A stretch of 64,000 nucleotides of DNA from a virus (taxonomy: Duplodnaviria; Caudoviricetes): positions 1-64,000 of the IMG/VR virus record IMGVR_UViG_3300037067_027684, one strand, 5' to 3'. A model generated the notes under the pieces. That model made no database searches, was not told the DNA's origin, and saw only the letters and a list, made by a program, of their open reading frames with translations. Shown here in pieces: positions 19,018 through 29,807 of the stretch. Position 1 is the stretch's first letter, and each line of letters opens with the position of its first letter. The position numbers and the translations under genes are program-made.

Positions 19018-20121
19018 TTAATAGTATTTTAAAGCCCCGCCTTCATAATACATCTCGATTCTCCTAATAACCATGTCAACAGAAATCATGTCCATACATT
19101 TTGGAATCCTCAAATTCTTATAAACTTGAGAGTAGTTATTGCAAACTCCTTCAGTATCCTTCTTATCTCCGTCGCCAACCAACTGACAACGAGAAAACCA
19201 ACAACCACCATTATCACAACAAGGCAAAGCACCACAAGTATGAATAAACTGGTGATATGGGTAAGCCTCCCAATGACTAGGCTCCCTACCACCGGCAATC
19301 ACAACACAAGCCCGATTGCTTGGCTTCCCAGGTTTGGTGGGCACAGCAGCAGCCAAATGCATAGCAAAAGTTATTGGACACAAAACTCCATCGGCGTGAT
19401 AAATCAACCTGATGAATTGTCTTATGTCAGTTTTACCCCTCAGATCAATAACATTCTTCAAACCAGGGTGCCAATGGTTTTTCTCGCCGCATTGTATGAA
19501 TTGAATTCTGCCTTTGAAATAATTGACTACATCCTGATATCGAAAGGGGTCCCACCATTTGGCTGTGAAGTCAGTTTTACCACCAGCTAATATTACCCAG
19601 TAATTGCCTTTGAATCCAGTTTCTTCAACTTGCGATATCCAGGATTTCTCTTCGTTGGACAGGTGGATGTCGCCTTTGAATTCTGTCGGGGTAATCCTAA
19701 TATTTAACTTATTTTCAAGATCTTGGATTGGGCCATGCAAGTAGTGGAATGGTTTATGGCAGTGATTGATTAAATCATGTTCACTATGAATCACATCAAT
19801 GTCTGGTTCTTTAATGAATAAGGTTCTATTCTGGTGGATGATAGCTTTGGTCTTATCAGAATTATTCCAAATACCGTTATTATAAGTATAGTCAGGTATT
19901 TGGTCATTATTCTTTGGGTCCTTAGGGAGTTCTCCGAAATAGTGGTCCTTTTTCCATTTGAGTTTTTTAATATAGGGATTGTTTTCCCATATTTGAGAGC
20001 TTGTGGTATCAACATCAGTGAGGTATTGTAGTGGGTGATTTCGATGTAAGTCTCTTATTGCGGCTGTTAAGACTACGACATCGCCTGGGGATAGATAATT
20101 TGCTATTAATAGTTTCTTCAC
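19018..20121 (-). CDS. GT9 (heptosyltransferase-like) glycosyltransferase
   Basis: PGDVVVLTAAIRDL, AKWW, DLRGKTDIRQFIRLI..ADG..MHLAAA, CMDMISVD.V. Confidence 0.85.
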   Translation of the reverse strand: MKKLLIANYLSPGDVVVLTAAIRDLHRNHPLQYLTDVDTTSSQIWENNPYIKKLKWKKDHYFGELPKDPKNNDQIPDYTYNNGIWNNSDKTKAIIHQNRTLFIKEPDIDVIHSEHDLINHCHKPFHYLHGPIQDLENKLNIRITPTEFKGDIHLSNEEKSWISQVEETGFKGNYWVILAGGKTDFTAKWWDPFRYQDVVNYFKGRIQFIQCGEKNHWHPGLKNVIDLRGKTDIRQFIRLIYHADGVLCPITFAMHLAAAVPTKPGKPSNRACVVIAGGREPSHWEAYPYHQFIHTCGALPCCDNGGCWFSRCQLVGDGDKKDTEGVCNNYSQVYKNLRIPKCMDMISVDMVIRRIEMYYEGGALKYY

Positions 20122-20133
20122 ACTATTGAAATA

Positions 20134-20517
20134 CTATTTAGAATAACATTCGTTACTATAAACTTTCTCTTGTTTTTCTTCTAACCTATCAATTAACTTT
20201 TTGGTAGCGCAATGAGAGCAACGGTCGTTTGAAACTCTGATCTCACTGCCATCTTCGTATTTATAAATTCCAATTTTCTTAGTTGGATGATTCTTGGTTG
20301 GTATCTCGTCTATTTTGACAACTTTCGGATATAGGTCGGGTCTATCTATCTGAAAAGCTACTGCTGGACCAGAACACTCCAACTTAACTGCTTCTGGAGC
20401 GCCTTCATTTTCTTTGACTTCTTTAGCAATTTCTACAATTATGTCCTTGTGTTTGAATAAGTTAGTGATTCGATTCCAAAGTTTCCTTAACATTCGGTCA
20501 CCTCCTGCCAAAAGCAT
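20134..20517 (-). CDS. hypothetical protein
   Basis: ORF in operon; start uncertain. Confidence 0.55.
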   Translation of the reverse strand: MLLAGGDRMLRKLWNRITNLFKHKDIIVEIAKEVKENEGAPEAVKLECSGPAVAFQIDRPDLYPKVVKIDEIPTKNHPTKKIGIYKYEDGSEIRVSNDRCSHCATKKLIDRLEEKQEKVYSNECYSK

Positions 20518-20732
20518 GTGGTCTCTCTATTCACTGGATCAGCTACACATCTCTTTTTATATAGTGTGTTGAGTCTTGTGTTGTAATAGTATTCATACCT
20601 AGCGGTTGTGGGGTCTGGTTCGTAGAAACTATATTCAACTGGTTCCCCACCAGCTAATTCAACGAACGATGTTGGGTTACCACCAATTGTAATCATACCA
20701 CGTCTGGTAGATAAATCGCTTAAAAATGACAT
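20487..20732 (-). CDS. hypothetical, possibly structural
   Basis: GGAGG RBS; YYYNTRLNTLYKK. Confidence 0.6.
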   Translation of the reverse strand: MSFLSDLSTRRGMITIGGNPTSFVELAGGEPVEYSFYEPDPTTARYEYYYNTRLNTLYKKRCVADPVNRETTCFWQEVTEC

Positions 20733-20767
20733 TGATTACCTCCGTCCTATATTTATTTCCATGGTAC

Positions 20768-21769
20768 TTAATAATGTTTTCCTAATAGTACTTCGCGACG
20801 AGCTAATTCAAGATCGTGGTCTGTCATGATTTTTGCGAGAAGCTTAAAAGTAACTTTCGGATACCAATTTAGTAGACGATGTGCTTTTGTGGCGTCTCCG
20901 AGTAATAAGTCTACTTCAGCAGGGCGGAAATACTTTTTATCAATTTCTACGAAATCTTTATAATCAAGATCAAGTAGACCAAAAACTTCTTCACAAAATT
21001 CTCTTACACTATGCGTTTCACCAGCAGCAATGACATAATCATCTGGTTTTGGTTGTTGAACCATAAGCCACATGGCGAGACAATAATCTGCGGCGTGGCC
21101 CCAATCTCTTTTGGCGTCTAGATTACCCAGAAATAATTTATTCTGTAATCCTAATTTGATTCGTGTTGCGGCACGAGTGATTTTCCTGGTTACAAATGTT
21201 TCTCCACGACGTTCTGATGTGTGATTGAATAATATGCCGTTACTAGCATGCATTCCATATGACTTTCGGTAATTGACTGTCAAATAGTATGAAGCGACTT
21301 TTGCGCACCCATAGGGACTTTGTGGCCTAAATGGTGTATTTTCGTTTTGAGGTGATTCGACTACTTCTCCAAACATTTCACTACTACTCGCCTGATAAAA
21401 ACGCGCCTTACTGCCTTTGAGTGTTTCTAGTAATCTACAGGTTCCAGTACCAACCACATCAAATGTGTATTCTGGAATGTCAAACGAAACACGCACGTGG
21501 GATTGACTACCCAAATTGTAAACCTCGTCTGGTTTAACTAAATCAACAATTCTATGTAAACTATTAGTGTCACTAAGATCACCATAATGTAATTTTAACC
21601 TACAATTATCATCATGTTGGTCTTTATACAAATGATCAATACGACCCGTGTTAAATGATGAACTACGTCTAATTATACCATGAACTTCATAGCCTTTGTC
21701 TAATAATAATTCTGTTAAATAAGATCCATCTTGGCCTGTACAGCCGCTTATGAGGGCAACTTGTGTCAT
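20768..21769 (-). CDS. gmd: GDP-mannose 4,6-dehydratase
   Basis: [69 protein letters not shown]. Confidence 0.97.
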   Translation of the reverse strand: MTQVALISGCTGQDGSYLTELLLDKGYEVHGIIRRSSSFNTGRIDHLYKDQHDDNCRLKLHYGDLSDTNSLHRIVDLVKPDEVYNLGSQSHVRVSFDIPEYTFDVVGTGTCRLLETLKGSKARFYQASSSEMFGEVVESPQNENTPFRPQSPYGCAKVASYYLTVNYRKSYGMHASNGILFNHTSERRGETFVTRKITRAATRIKLGLQNKLFLGNLDAKRDWGHAADYCLAMWLMVQQPKPDDYVIAAGETHSVREFCEEVFGLLDLDYKDFVEIDKKYFRPAEVDLLLGDATKAHRLLNWYPKVTFKLLAKIMTDHDLELARREVLLGKHY

Positions 21770-22698
21770 TTTGTTTTTCCTTCATGAAATTTGTCGAATT
21801 TGTATTGGTACTCTTGTGCGATGGTGTTGTTATTTTCTATGTCACTAATGAATTTACTGCTTGAATTATGGTCAAATCTAAGTCTTTTTCTGTTGCCAAT
21901 AAATGTTTTATAATTTAGATTGTTTAACTTAGATTGTAATTTAATTAAATCATTATTTTCAAAATTATCGGTACAAAGAATAATACATTTATGATGAGTA
22001 TATCCGTCTCCAATAAACCACCAATAAAAAGATTTTGGTGTCAGACGAATATCGTCGGGAATCGTCTTTATATTTTTATACCATCGCTTTTGTTGGGGCA
22101 ACAAATCATTATAATAAGATGATTTCATATGCCAATATCGATTTTTAGTCCTCCATGATTTATCTGATATTTTAGACCCCCATGGGTTACTAAAATGTAA
22201 TTGATTGAATTCTTTTTGAATATCCAATAAAGTTTCTTTGAATTTACAGCCATAAGTTATTCTGCTTGAGACAGTTGATCTAACTAAACACCCATCACCT
22301 AACATCATTCCATCTAGGGTTTCGATTTGTAAATCGGTTAGATTACATGTCTTTTGTTCCCACATTGATGATTCTGATGTCGATCTAACGCCAATGTTGT
22401 ATTTGGTAAAGTTATTTTCTATGGTTGTTGTGCAGGCATGTAATTTATTAGCAATTTTGTGTTGAGAAAGCTGGTCTTGCCAATATAATTTTTTCAATAA
22501 CTGTACATATTCATATTCTGTTATTTTAAGTCTTTTATGAATTGGCTCAGAATTATTGGTGACGCTTCTTGTCTTTCCCTCGGCAATATTCTTTAATATT
22601 CTTTGTATCGATCCGAATGAAATTTTCAGTTCATCTTTGATTTGTTTATTAGAATATCCATCATTATGTAATTTTTTAACCTCACCCCAATTAATCAT
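21766..22698 (-). CDS. LAGLIDADG homing endonuclease
   Basis: GMMLGDG and WWFIGDG..LCTDNF. Confidence 0.85.
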   Translation of the reverse strand: MINWGEVKKLHNDGYSNKQIKDELKISFGSIQRILKNIAEGKTRSVTNNSEPIHKRLKITEYEYVQLLKKLYWQDQLSQHKIANKLHACTTTIENNFTKYNIGVRSTSESSMWEQKTCNLTDLQIETLDGMMLGDGCLVRSTVSSRITYGCKFKETLLDIQKEFNQLHFSNPWGSKISDKSWRTKNRYWHMKSSYYNDLLPQQKRWYKNIKTIPDDIRLTPKSFYWWFIGDGYTHHKCIILCTDNFENNDLIKLQSKLNNLNYKTFIGNRKRLRFDHNSSSKFISDIENNNTIAQEYQYKFDKFHEGKTK

Positions 22699-22786
22699 AA
22701 TATATTTTTGCCTGAACTATGGGTTAAATAACCAGCGATTCAGGAAAGTATTTAAATAGTGAGTATGATTTTAAGAAGGAGTCAAA

Positions 22787-23017
22787 ATGAAGTTCATTAA
22801 TAGAAACAATATGCCACCAAATTTGTATTTGTTCCCTATGATTACTTTGTGGTTGTTCCTTGATCGTCTTAATGCTCCTGGTTGGGTTTATGGGGTGGTT
22901 TTTACTGTTATGGGATTGATTTCTCTTGCAGAAGTTTGTAAATGGTTTACTGGCAAGGCTGTTGATCTTGTCGGAAATGAAGTTAAACCTATTAAAGATG
23001 AAGTCAATAAGAATTAA
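22787..23017 (+). CDS. small membrane protein
   Basis: two hydrophobic segments, AAGGAG RBS. Confidence 0.65.
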   Translation: MKFINRNNMPPNLYLFPMITLWLFLDRLNAPGWVYGVVFTVMGLISLAEVCKWFTGKAVDLVGNEVKPIKDEVNKN

Positions 23018-23036
23018 GAAAGGAGTTTGTGGCGTG

Positions 23037-23996
23037 ATGAAGGCAGACCTTCACCGCCACCTTTAACTAGGTGGCTCAATCTCAGCAGCAGCTATTTTTA
23101 AGATTCTGAGTAAGCAAGATGGGTCGCCCTCGCTGGGTGAAATTATGTCCAAACGTCGTTTTGCGAGTGGTGAACAATATGGTTTTTATGAATTCCTAAG
23201 TAAGTTTAAAATTTTGGAGACTATTCATTGGGACGAGAGGGCTATAGGGATTGCGATTAATCAAGTGTGTTGGGACATGGCCAGAGAAGGGCTTGACTAT
23301 GTTGAGTTGAAGTTTACGGTTGATAAGTATATGCGTTTTATGGATTGGACTCCACAAAAAGCTATTAAGTTAATTCACCATTTTGTTGAGCAGGAATCAC
23401 AATTTGATAGAGTTAAAGTTGGTCTGGTTCTTAGTATTAAATATGAGACCGATAAAGCTCTACAGAAGAAGATTGCAGCTATTATTGATGATTCTGATGT
23501 AGCTGATTTGGTGGTTGGTATTGATTTGGTTGGCGATGAGGCTAAGTTCGACCCAGATTTCTTTGTGCCGCTTTTGAAACCATGGTCTAAAGCTGGAAAA
23601 GGTGTTATGGCGCACGTTGGTGAATCTCAATCGGCTGAGAATGTTAGAATTGCGATTGAAAAGTTAAATGTCAAACGGGTATCGCACGGCATCAAAGCAG
23701 TCTCTGATCCTAACATTATTGCTTTGGCTAAGGAGAGGAATATTTGTTTTGATATTGCTTTGTCCTCTAATATTTGTACTGGTGTTGCTATGGGTGTTAA
23801 GTATCACCCAATATGGAAATTATTGGAGGAGGGTTGTACTGTGACGATTGGTACTGATGATCCTTATGTTCTTAATACTACTTTAGATAGGGAATATGAG
23901 ATGTTGAGTGGCATGATTAGTGATGATAAAATTATGGATATTATGGATAATTCTGTTAAGTATGCTCTACTTGATCTTAAGAATATTCAAAAATAG
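23037..23996 (+). CDS. add: adenosine deaminase family protein interrupted by in-frame TAA at 23064-23066
   Basis: MKADLHRHL*LGGS in frame with 23145 ORF; YVELKF, GIDLVGDE, AHVGE, RVSHG, SN, GTDDP. Confidence 0.85.
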
Positions 23997-24013
23997 GTAA
24001 GATTGGGGTTATT

Positions 24014-24913
24014 ATGCGGCTAGCAGAATTACATGATTTGGATGCACAATATTGCAGGGTTATGGTTGAAGGTTATTTTAAAGTGCTCGATACTAGATAT
24101 ACTACTCCTCAGGTTGACCCGACTCCCAAAATTGTTCAATTGGGCAAATGGACACATCCGAATACTGGGAATCTTTTGGTTGGTGGTATTAATCTGAACT
24201 ATCTCACTGATGATCAGATTGAGGAGTTACGCTATTATGCTCCTGAAATTTCTCAACATAGGACTTTGAAATCTAGATATTGGGCTGGTAGAAGATTGTT
24301 ACCAGATATTTTCAATAATTATTATCGGACTTATAAGAATCAGAATATTGAGGTAGTTGATCTTGGGACTTTGAAGTTTATGACTCCTTCTGAATTGCGT
24401 AAGAAGGGAGATACTGATAGAGCTTCCAAGCTTCAAGATAGGCGTGAGGTTCTTTCTAAACTCAGGAAAGAACGACAACCAAAGGAACCACAGCCTGATA
24501 TTCCGCCAGAACGTCCTGTTGAACCCAAGGAAGCTCCTGAAGCTCCAGACACAACCAAGCGTGCTCAGACTGCTGTTCAGCAGCAACAGGCTGAGAAGGA
24601 TATTCCTAAAGCTCAGAAAGTACCTTCTCGCAGAATGCGTCCATTGGCTCCTCCTGAATTAGAGGCTCCAGCCCCAGAAGTTCCAGAAGAACCAACTCCA
24701 GAAGCTGAAGTTACACCTGAAGTAACCCCAGAAGAACCTGCACGGGTACCTAAGCGTAAGATGAAGCCGTTGCAACCAGAACTTTCTAATGTGAATCCAG
24801 AGGACGAAGATTTGGCTTCTGGCGCTGGTGCTGAATCTAGTGGACCAAGCCCCAATGAACCAGATGAAGACCCTGATTCAGAGCCTGGTGCACCAATACC
24901 ATCAAGAAGATGA
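24014..24913 (+). CDS. late protein, N-terminal domain weakly like T4 gp2 DNA end protector, with Pro/Glu-rich tail
   Basis: GGINLNYL..YRTY; late motif 23988-23995. Confidence 0.45.
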   Translation: MRLAELHDLDAQYCRVMVEGYFKVLDTRYTTPQVDPTPKIVQLGKWTHPNTGNLLVGGINLNYLTDDQIEELRYYAPEISQHRTLKSRYWAGRRLLPDIFNNYYRTYKNQNIEVVDLGTLKFMTPSELRKKGDTDRASKLQDRREVLSKLRKERQPKEPQPDIPPERPVEPKEAPEAPDTTKRAQTAVQQQQAEKDIPKAQKVPSRRMRPLAPPELEAPAPEVPEEPTPEAEVTPEVTPEEPARVPKRKMKPLQPELSNVNPEDEDLASGAGAESSGPSPNEPDEDPDSEPGAPIPSRR

Positions 24914-25443
24914 TCCACCCAGACCCTAAAGATCCTAGAGTGCTCCGTAAATTTTTTGAGGAGAATCGTTATCTTCGTACATTGGAATTGGCTTATATTG
25001 CTCATCGATCTACCTATACTATTAATAAATGGCGCAAGAAATGTGGTATTAAAGCAAAGCCATGCCCGTTTAAGAAAAGGCGTGTTTCAAGTCCTGCTGT
25101 GGTGCCCAAAATTAGTACTGATGTAGAGTCACTAAAGGCGATGTATGAGAAGGGGTATGGTTATGCAACAATTGCTAGGATGGCCAATATTAGGCACGAG
25201 TGGGTTATGCGTAAACTCAAGAAGAATGGTGTTAAGTCTCGTCCTATTGGGGAAACCACTAAGTCTAAGAATCCCTGCTGTAATGCGAAGTGGCTTGATG
25301 ATCATTATGTGATAGAGGGGTTGTCTCAGAAGAAGTGTGCTGAGATTGCTGGTGTCAATAGTGCGACTATTTGTTTATGGCTGGTTAAATTTGGTTTTGA
25401 TATTCGTGATAGGAATGAAGCTAGAGTTAATAATTATAGATAA
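24910..25443 (+). CDS. multi-HTH DNA-binding protein
   Basis: three HTH-like repeats (LAYIA..TINKW; IARMA; CAEIAGV..TI..W). Confidence 0.65.
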   Translation: MIHPDPKDPRVLRKFFEENRYLRTLELAYIAHRSTYTINKWRKKCGIKAKPCPFKKRRVSSPAVVPKISTDVESLKAMYEKGYGYATIARMANIRHEWVMRKLKKNGVKSRPIGETTKSKNPCCNAKWLDDHYVIEGLSQKKCAEIAGVNSATICLWLVKFGFDIRDRNEARVNNYR

Positions 25444-26515
25444 TTTTGTGAATTTGACTGAACGTGTCGCCCTTAGAAAGATGTCTGAGTTATTGGCCTC
25501 GGACCCAATAGTCCTTTGGCATAAAATTAGGTATGATTCTGTAACAGTTATGTTCAAGGATGGGATTAGGGAGAAATGGCGACGCTATAAGTCTGATTAT
25601 AGCTGGCTCAAGATGCCTGAAGATCCGTTGGCTGGCGGAGTGGTTTCGATTCAGAATCAGTTTCAATTCGAAGAACGTAATCCGAAGTTGTTTATTATTA
25701 GGTATAAATCCTGGAAACATGGAAGTTTTTATGAGAAGAGGATGGTTATCCATAGGTTGATATGCAGATTGCTGGAGGAAGGTTGGTTGGATGTTGATTA
25801 TCCGAAGCGTATTCTGGTTGATGATCTTGAGAAGTTGCATGCTATTAATCCTGAGACTAGATATTATTATCTGAATACTATTTTATCGTTTGGACAGTTT
25901 AGGAGTAATATTCGTCCTGGTAGGTTGTTGGCTGAACAACTTTTGGCTTGGGATTCGTTTGGTAAGTATCCTATCCGCGACGCATGGTCAGACAGATATG
26001 TTCTTAGGAGGGCAATTAGTAAAATTCTAAGACTCAAGCAAGATGTGACTAGAATTTCAATTTTTATGCGTTTGAAGCTTGATTTAAAGTATCGTACTAC
26101 TGGTGCCTTTATAGATCCTGGTTGTTATCGTTTGATTTATAGGAAATTTGGGTTGATTGGTCAGTTAGTGGCTGATCCTTATCCTGGTCTTGGGAGTAAG
26201 GCGCTTGCGGCTGCTATGGAGGGTGTCCAATATTACACTAATAAGTCTTTTGATAGGTTGTCGTCATTTCTTAATTCGACTTTTTATCCTTTGGAGAGGG
26301 ATCATTATGATGCGGTGTTATTGGATAGAAGTTGGTGTCACAATACTGATCTCACTTTGAAGGATTTGAATACATGGTATGATAAGGCTGATGCTAAGGT
26401 AATATTTATGCCTGTTGGTTCTGAGTCTAAGTTTCCTAAACCAGATCGGTGGCTGTATGTAAACCCGTATCCTAGATGCACTTCATCTAGGAATAGAATT
26501 TGTGTTTTCTACTAG
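25415..26515 (+). CDS. hypothetical protein with degenerate SAM-methyltransferase-like C-terminus
   Basis: VADPYPGLGSKALAA..YY, YDAVLLD. Confidence 0.45.
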   Translation: MKLELIIIDNFVNLTERVALRKMSELLASDPIVLWHKIRYDSVTVMFKDGIREKWRRYKSDYSWLKMPEDPLAGGVVSIQNQFQFEERNPKLFIIRYKSWKHGSFYEKRMVIHRLICRLLEEGWLDVDYPKRILVDDLEKLHAINPETRYYYLNTILSFGQFRSNIRPGRLLAEQLLAWDSFGKYPIRDAWSDRYVLRRAISKILRLKQDVTRISIFMRLKLDLKYRTTGAFIDPGCYRLIYRKFGLIGQLVADPYPGLGSKALAAAMEGVQYYTNKSFDRLSSFLNSTFYPLERDHYDAVLLDRSWCHNTDLTLKDLNTWYDKADAKVIFMPVGSESKFPKPDRWLYVNPYPRCTSSRNRICVFY

Positions 26516-26525
26516 GGGTTTAAGA

Positions 26526-26918
26526 ATGAATAAAGAAGAGCAAGAATATAGGGCTTTGACTATGACTGTGACTGATTTGGTTGTAGAGAAATTCAAGAAG
26601 GAGATGAAAATGGATGATCGTCAAGCACGTGAGTGGGAAGACGATCTTTTACATGGGCGTTGGCCCAAAGCACAAGGCGAAAAAATTTTTAATCTCAAAA
26701 TTGTTTTTCATGATTGTGCGAAGCCGTCTGTTACTCTGTTTAAGGAACTAGGTGATAGGCCCGAGGGCATTGCTAGGGCATGTTATTCTGTATCCGAAAT
26801 TAAAGATGAACTTGGCCGTGATATAGTTGAATGGTTAGCTGGGAGGCTACCGGATGCCACTGTACTCTTACACGACGACAACAATGGTGAATCAAAACGG
26901 GACTCAAAAGATTCTTGA
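26526..26918 (+). CDS. hypothetical protein
   Basis: ORF in operon. Confidence 0.55.
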   Translation: MNKEEQEYRALTMTVTDLVVEKFKKEMKMDDRQAREWEDDLLHGRWPKAQGEKIFNLKIVFHDCAKPSVTLFKELGDRPEGIARACYSVSEIKDELGRDIVEWLAGRLPDATVLLHDDNNGESKRDSKDS

Positions 26919-27258
26919 AGATTCGGACATAATCGAAGCAGATTCAATCGAAGCCGCCGTGTTTGTGCTTAGTAATCGTGGGTTTATGGTTAGAGACATA
27001 AGAGTTGCTACTCAAGATGACCTACATATAGCTAAATTGAAGAAATTCCGTGATAAATTGTCTAAAAAGCCTAAACAAATGGGAACTACAGATGTTGAAG
27101 ATGAAACTATAACTATTCGCCAAAATAAATTGTGGAGTTGGTATCATAAGCAATGTATTAAACATCCCATACTTTTCCTCTTGATTGTTATTATGATAAT
27201 GATTTATTCGTCTTACAAGTTAATCATTTTGATTCCTCAAATTTGGAGGGGAGAATAA
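26854..27258 (+). CDS. membrane protein with GspF/PilC-like N-terminal domain
   Basis: MPLYSY..G..IIEADSIEAA..L..RGF.V..I plus C-terminal TM helix. Confidence 0.55.
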   Translation: MPLYSYTTTTMVNQNGTQKILEDSDIIEADSIEAAVFVLSNRGFMVRDIRVATQDDLHIAKLKKFRDKLSKKPKQMGTTDVEDETITIRQNKLWSWYHKQCIKHPILFLLIVIMIMIYSSYKLIILIPQIWRGE

Positions 27259-27911
27259 TGCACATAATTTTCGAAGGATCGGATGGCATGGGTAAGACGA
27301 CCGTTGCTGAAATGGTGGTCGATCACTTAAAGAAACAATCTAGAGAAGTCATCTTCTGTAAACATCCAGGTGCTACAAAGCTTGGTCAGAAACTTCGTCA
27401 TTTAGTGAAGCATGATGATACTATTGAGCCGCTGAGTGATCATGTAACACAGATGTTGATGTTGGCTGATTATCAGAATTTCATTGAACATGTTCTTAAT
27501 AAGAATCCAGATAAGATTATTGTTTCTGATAGGTGTAATATTATAAGTGGTTTGATTTATAGTATTGCCTCAGATGCAGAGACTGAGAAGTGGCTTCCTG
27601 ACTTATATTCAAATATTAGATTTCCTAAGGCAGATTGTTTATTTCTATTATGGTCCCCCTTTGATGTTGCTAGGCGTCGTATGATTAATCGAGGTGGTGA
27701 GAAGTGTAAGATTGAGGGTCGTGGTGAAGAATATTTAAGAAAAGTCAATGAGGCTTATCTTAACCATGTTGGTAAGTTTGGTGATATTGTCAATGAGACT
27801 CATTTAATTCATACTTCTTATACTAGTACGCTCAAGGGTTATGTTGATATTTCAGTAGGTTCGATTGCTAAACAAGTTTGTGATATTGTTGACAGGTTAC
27901 TTCCTATTTGA
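27258..27911 (+). CDS. tmk: thymidylate kinase
   Basis: IIFEGSDGMGKTT, HPGAT.LG..LR, IVSDR. Confidence 0.92.
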   Translation: MHIIFEGSDGMGKTTVAEMVVDHLKKQSREVIFCKHPGATKLGQKLRHLVKHDDTIEPLSDHVTQMLMLADYQNFIEHVLNKNPDKIIVSDRCNIISGLIYSIASDAETEKWLPDLYSNIRFPKADCLFLLWSPFDVARRRMINRGGEKCKIEGRGEEYLRKVNEAYLNHVGKFGDIVNETHLIHTSYTSTLKGYVDISVGSIAKQVCDIVDRLLPI

Positions 27912-28109
27912 TTTTCTTTGTTGGGCGATTAGTTGTTCATTTTTGATTCTTCGTTCCCACATGGTTTTGATGATTTGTAATTCACGTTTAAGATCATTAT
28001 AGATTACTTTCTTTTTGTCGGTGTCTGGTAGCAATTCCAATCCACGCAATAACATAGAGGAACCTTCGTTAGTTAGGTATAAACCCATTGGTTTATTTTC
28101 ATTTTGCAT
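27897..28109 (-). CDS. hypothetical protein
   Basis: overlapping operon arrangement. Confidence 0.55.
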   Translation of the reverse strand: MQNENKPMGLYLTNEGSSMLLRGLELLPDTDKKKVIYNDLKRELQIIKTMWERRIKNEQLIAQQRKSNRK

Positions 28110-28506
28110 TTTCCGCTACCTTTGTTAATTGAGCTTGGTAAACATCCAATCCACTCCAATTCAAGCTCTGGGTGCTGTCTACCGAGAAGCATTTCTTCTG
28201 CTCTTCTTCATTAATTATATATTTTTTACCGTCTTTAGCTAGGGCGTCGAATTTCTTTGTGTCAACCTTTTCTACGATGCAGATTTTTGATTTTTCACCA
28301 AATACTTCTCTGACTCCTTTGATGCTAAATTCTCTCTTACCTGATTGTGTTAAATCAATTTTAAGGATACCATCAGGATCAGTTGCTGTGGTTTCATTTT
28401 TGGTATTCATTTCAGTCATTAATTCTTTTTTCTTTTGTTCCCATAATTGGTCATATAGATCACGTTTGATTTTGATTAATGCTAATTCTTTGAGGTTGAT
28501 ATTCAT
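28099..28506 (-). CDS. hypothetical protein
   Basis: GGAG RBS, stop/start overlap. Confidence 0.65.
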   Translation of the reverse strand: MNINLKELALIKIKRDLYDQLWEQKKKELMTEMNTKNETTATDPDGILKIDLTQSGKREFSIKGVREVFGEKSKICIVEKVDTKKFDALAKDGKKYIINEEEQKKCFSVDSTQSLNWSGLDVYQAQLTKVAENAK

Positions 28507-29027
28507 TCTTCTACTCCTTCCAGAATTTTGGGAGTTCGTGGGTCTTTCCTCTTTACGAGGAGCCGGTTGTTTTCACGAGCGGTTTCTAGATATTTCTTAG
28601 TTCCACGTGCCTTTTTAAGATGATTCTTAAAGGCTTTAGCTTTTAGGGCTAGAGAATATAAGTCACTGACCATCTTCTCTGCTTTCTTAACTGCCTCGCC
28701 GCTTGTTATAAAGTAAGCTGTTGGATCAATTATAGCTGGTGAATTTTCAGCTAGGGCTTTTAATGATTTGAGTTCGTCAGTGATGTCCCATGTTTCTTTC
28801 GGTTGTCCTGGTAATGGTTCATTTCCTAATTTGGCATAGGGTTCTTTTTGGATGAAGTCTGAGGTGCCCATCGGTAGGAATATCAATTTCTTCCCGCGTT
28901 GGTGTTCTGTCGCTTCTTCGTTTCTGACGTGCATCCTCATGTGGGAGGTGTAGGCTGCACCACCAAGGCTAGTTTCTTGATGGCAGATTGGGCATTTACC
29001 TCTTTTATAGGTGAAATCCTCTGTCAT
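28503..29027 (-). CDS. C2H2-like Zn-finger protein
   Basis: CPIC..GAAYTSHMRMH; GGAGG RBS. Confidence 0.65.
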   Translation of the reverse strand: MTEDFTYKRGKCPICHQETSLGGAAYTSHMRMHVRNEEATEHQRGKKLIFLPMGTSDFIQKEPYAKLGNEPLPGQPKETWDITDELKSLKALAENSPAIIDPTAYFITSGEAVKKAEKMVSDLYSLALKAKAFKNHLKKARGTKKYLETARENNRLLVKRKDPRTPKILEGVEE

Positions 29028-29090
29028 GGTGTCCTCCAGAATCTAATTGTACTTACTGTTGTGAGTATGTGAAAAATAAGGGGATTTACA

Positions 29091-29429
29091 ATGGACAATG
29101 ATTTGTTAAACTTCCTTGATTCATACATTGAATCTTTAGGCTTCGTTGATTGCCTAGAGGATAAGAGGCCAGTTGAAGATTTGCAAAAAATAGCTCTTAA
29201 TGCTATGGTGATTTTTATTATTAGAAAGCAATTCTCCGTACAACAAAGAGAAGAATTGATAGTTGAAATTCTGAAGTTTATTAAGAATAAGTTTCTTAAG
29301 GATCTGAATGAAATGTCTAAAGATCGAAAGATAGAGGATTTGATGGCACCTCATCGTGAAGACGTAATAGTTCAAATGAATAAAAATATTCAGGAGGCAG
29401 AGGATAGATTACGTGAGGTACTGTTATGA
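29091..29429 (+). CDS. hypothetical protein
   Basis: ORF with RBS. Confidence 0.6.
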   Translation: MDNDLLNFLDSYIESLGFVDCLEDKRPVEDLQKIALNAMVIFIIRKQFSVQQREELIVEILKFIKNKFLKDLNEMSKDRKIEDLMAPHREDVIVQMNKNIQEAEDRLREVLL

Positions 29430-29758
29430 GTAGTGGAACTTATAATGGTAGAATAGAATTAGGTCGTGAATTGAGTTTTACACAGGCACAACAATTGAGA
29501 TCATATTTCATACAATTTAAGTCTGGTTTGGAAATATCATCTGATGGGCGAGCATTACAATGGAATCGCAAAGACCCAGAGCAGAATATAGAAGTTACAT
29601 TGACTCATATTATTGAATCATATTTGTCGAAGTGGGGTATTATATCTTGTGGTGTGATAACTGCTGTATGGCCTGAGAAAGTCAATTATGATATTATTGT
29701 TGTTGGAAATCGTGTGAAATTATTTAGAGACGGTAATATAACTACTGTTAAAATTTAA
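29426..29758 (+). CDS. hypothetical protein
   Basis: ATGA overlap with upstream gene. Confidence 0.6.
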   Translation: MSSGTYNGRIELGRELSFTQAQQLRSYFIQFKSGLEISSDGRALQWNRKDPEQNIEVTLTHIIESYLSKWGIISCGVITAVWPEKVNYDIIVVGNRVKLFRDGNITTVKI

Positions 29759-29807
29759 TCTATTCCAAATTGACGGCCAAATATATAGTTGAAGACGGAG
29801 ACAACGT

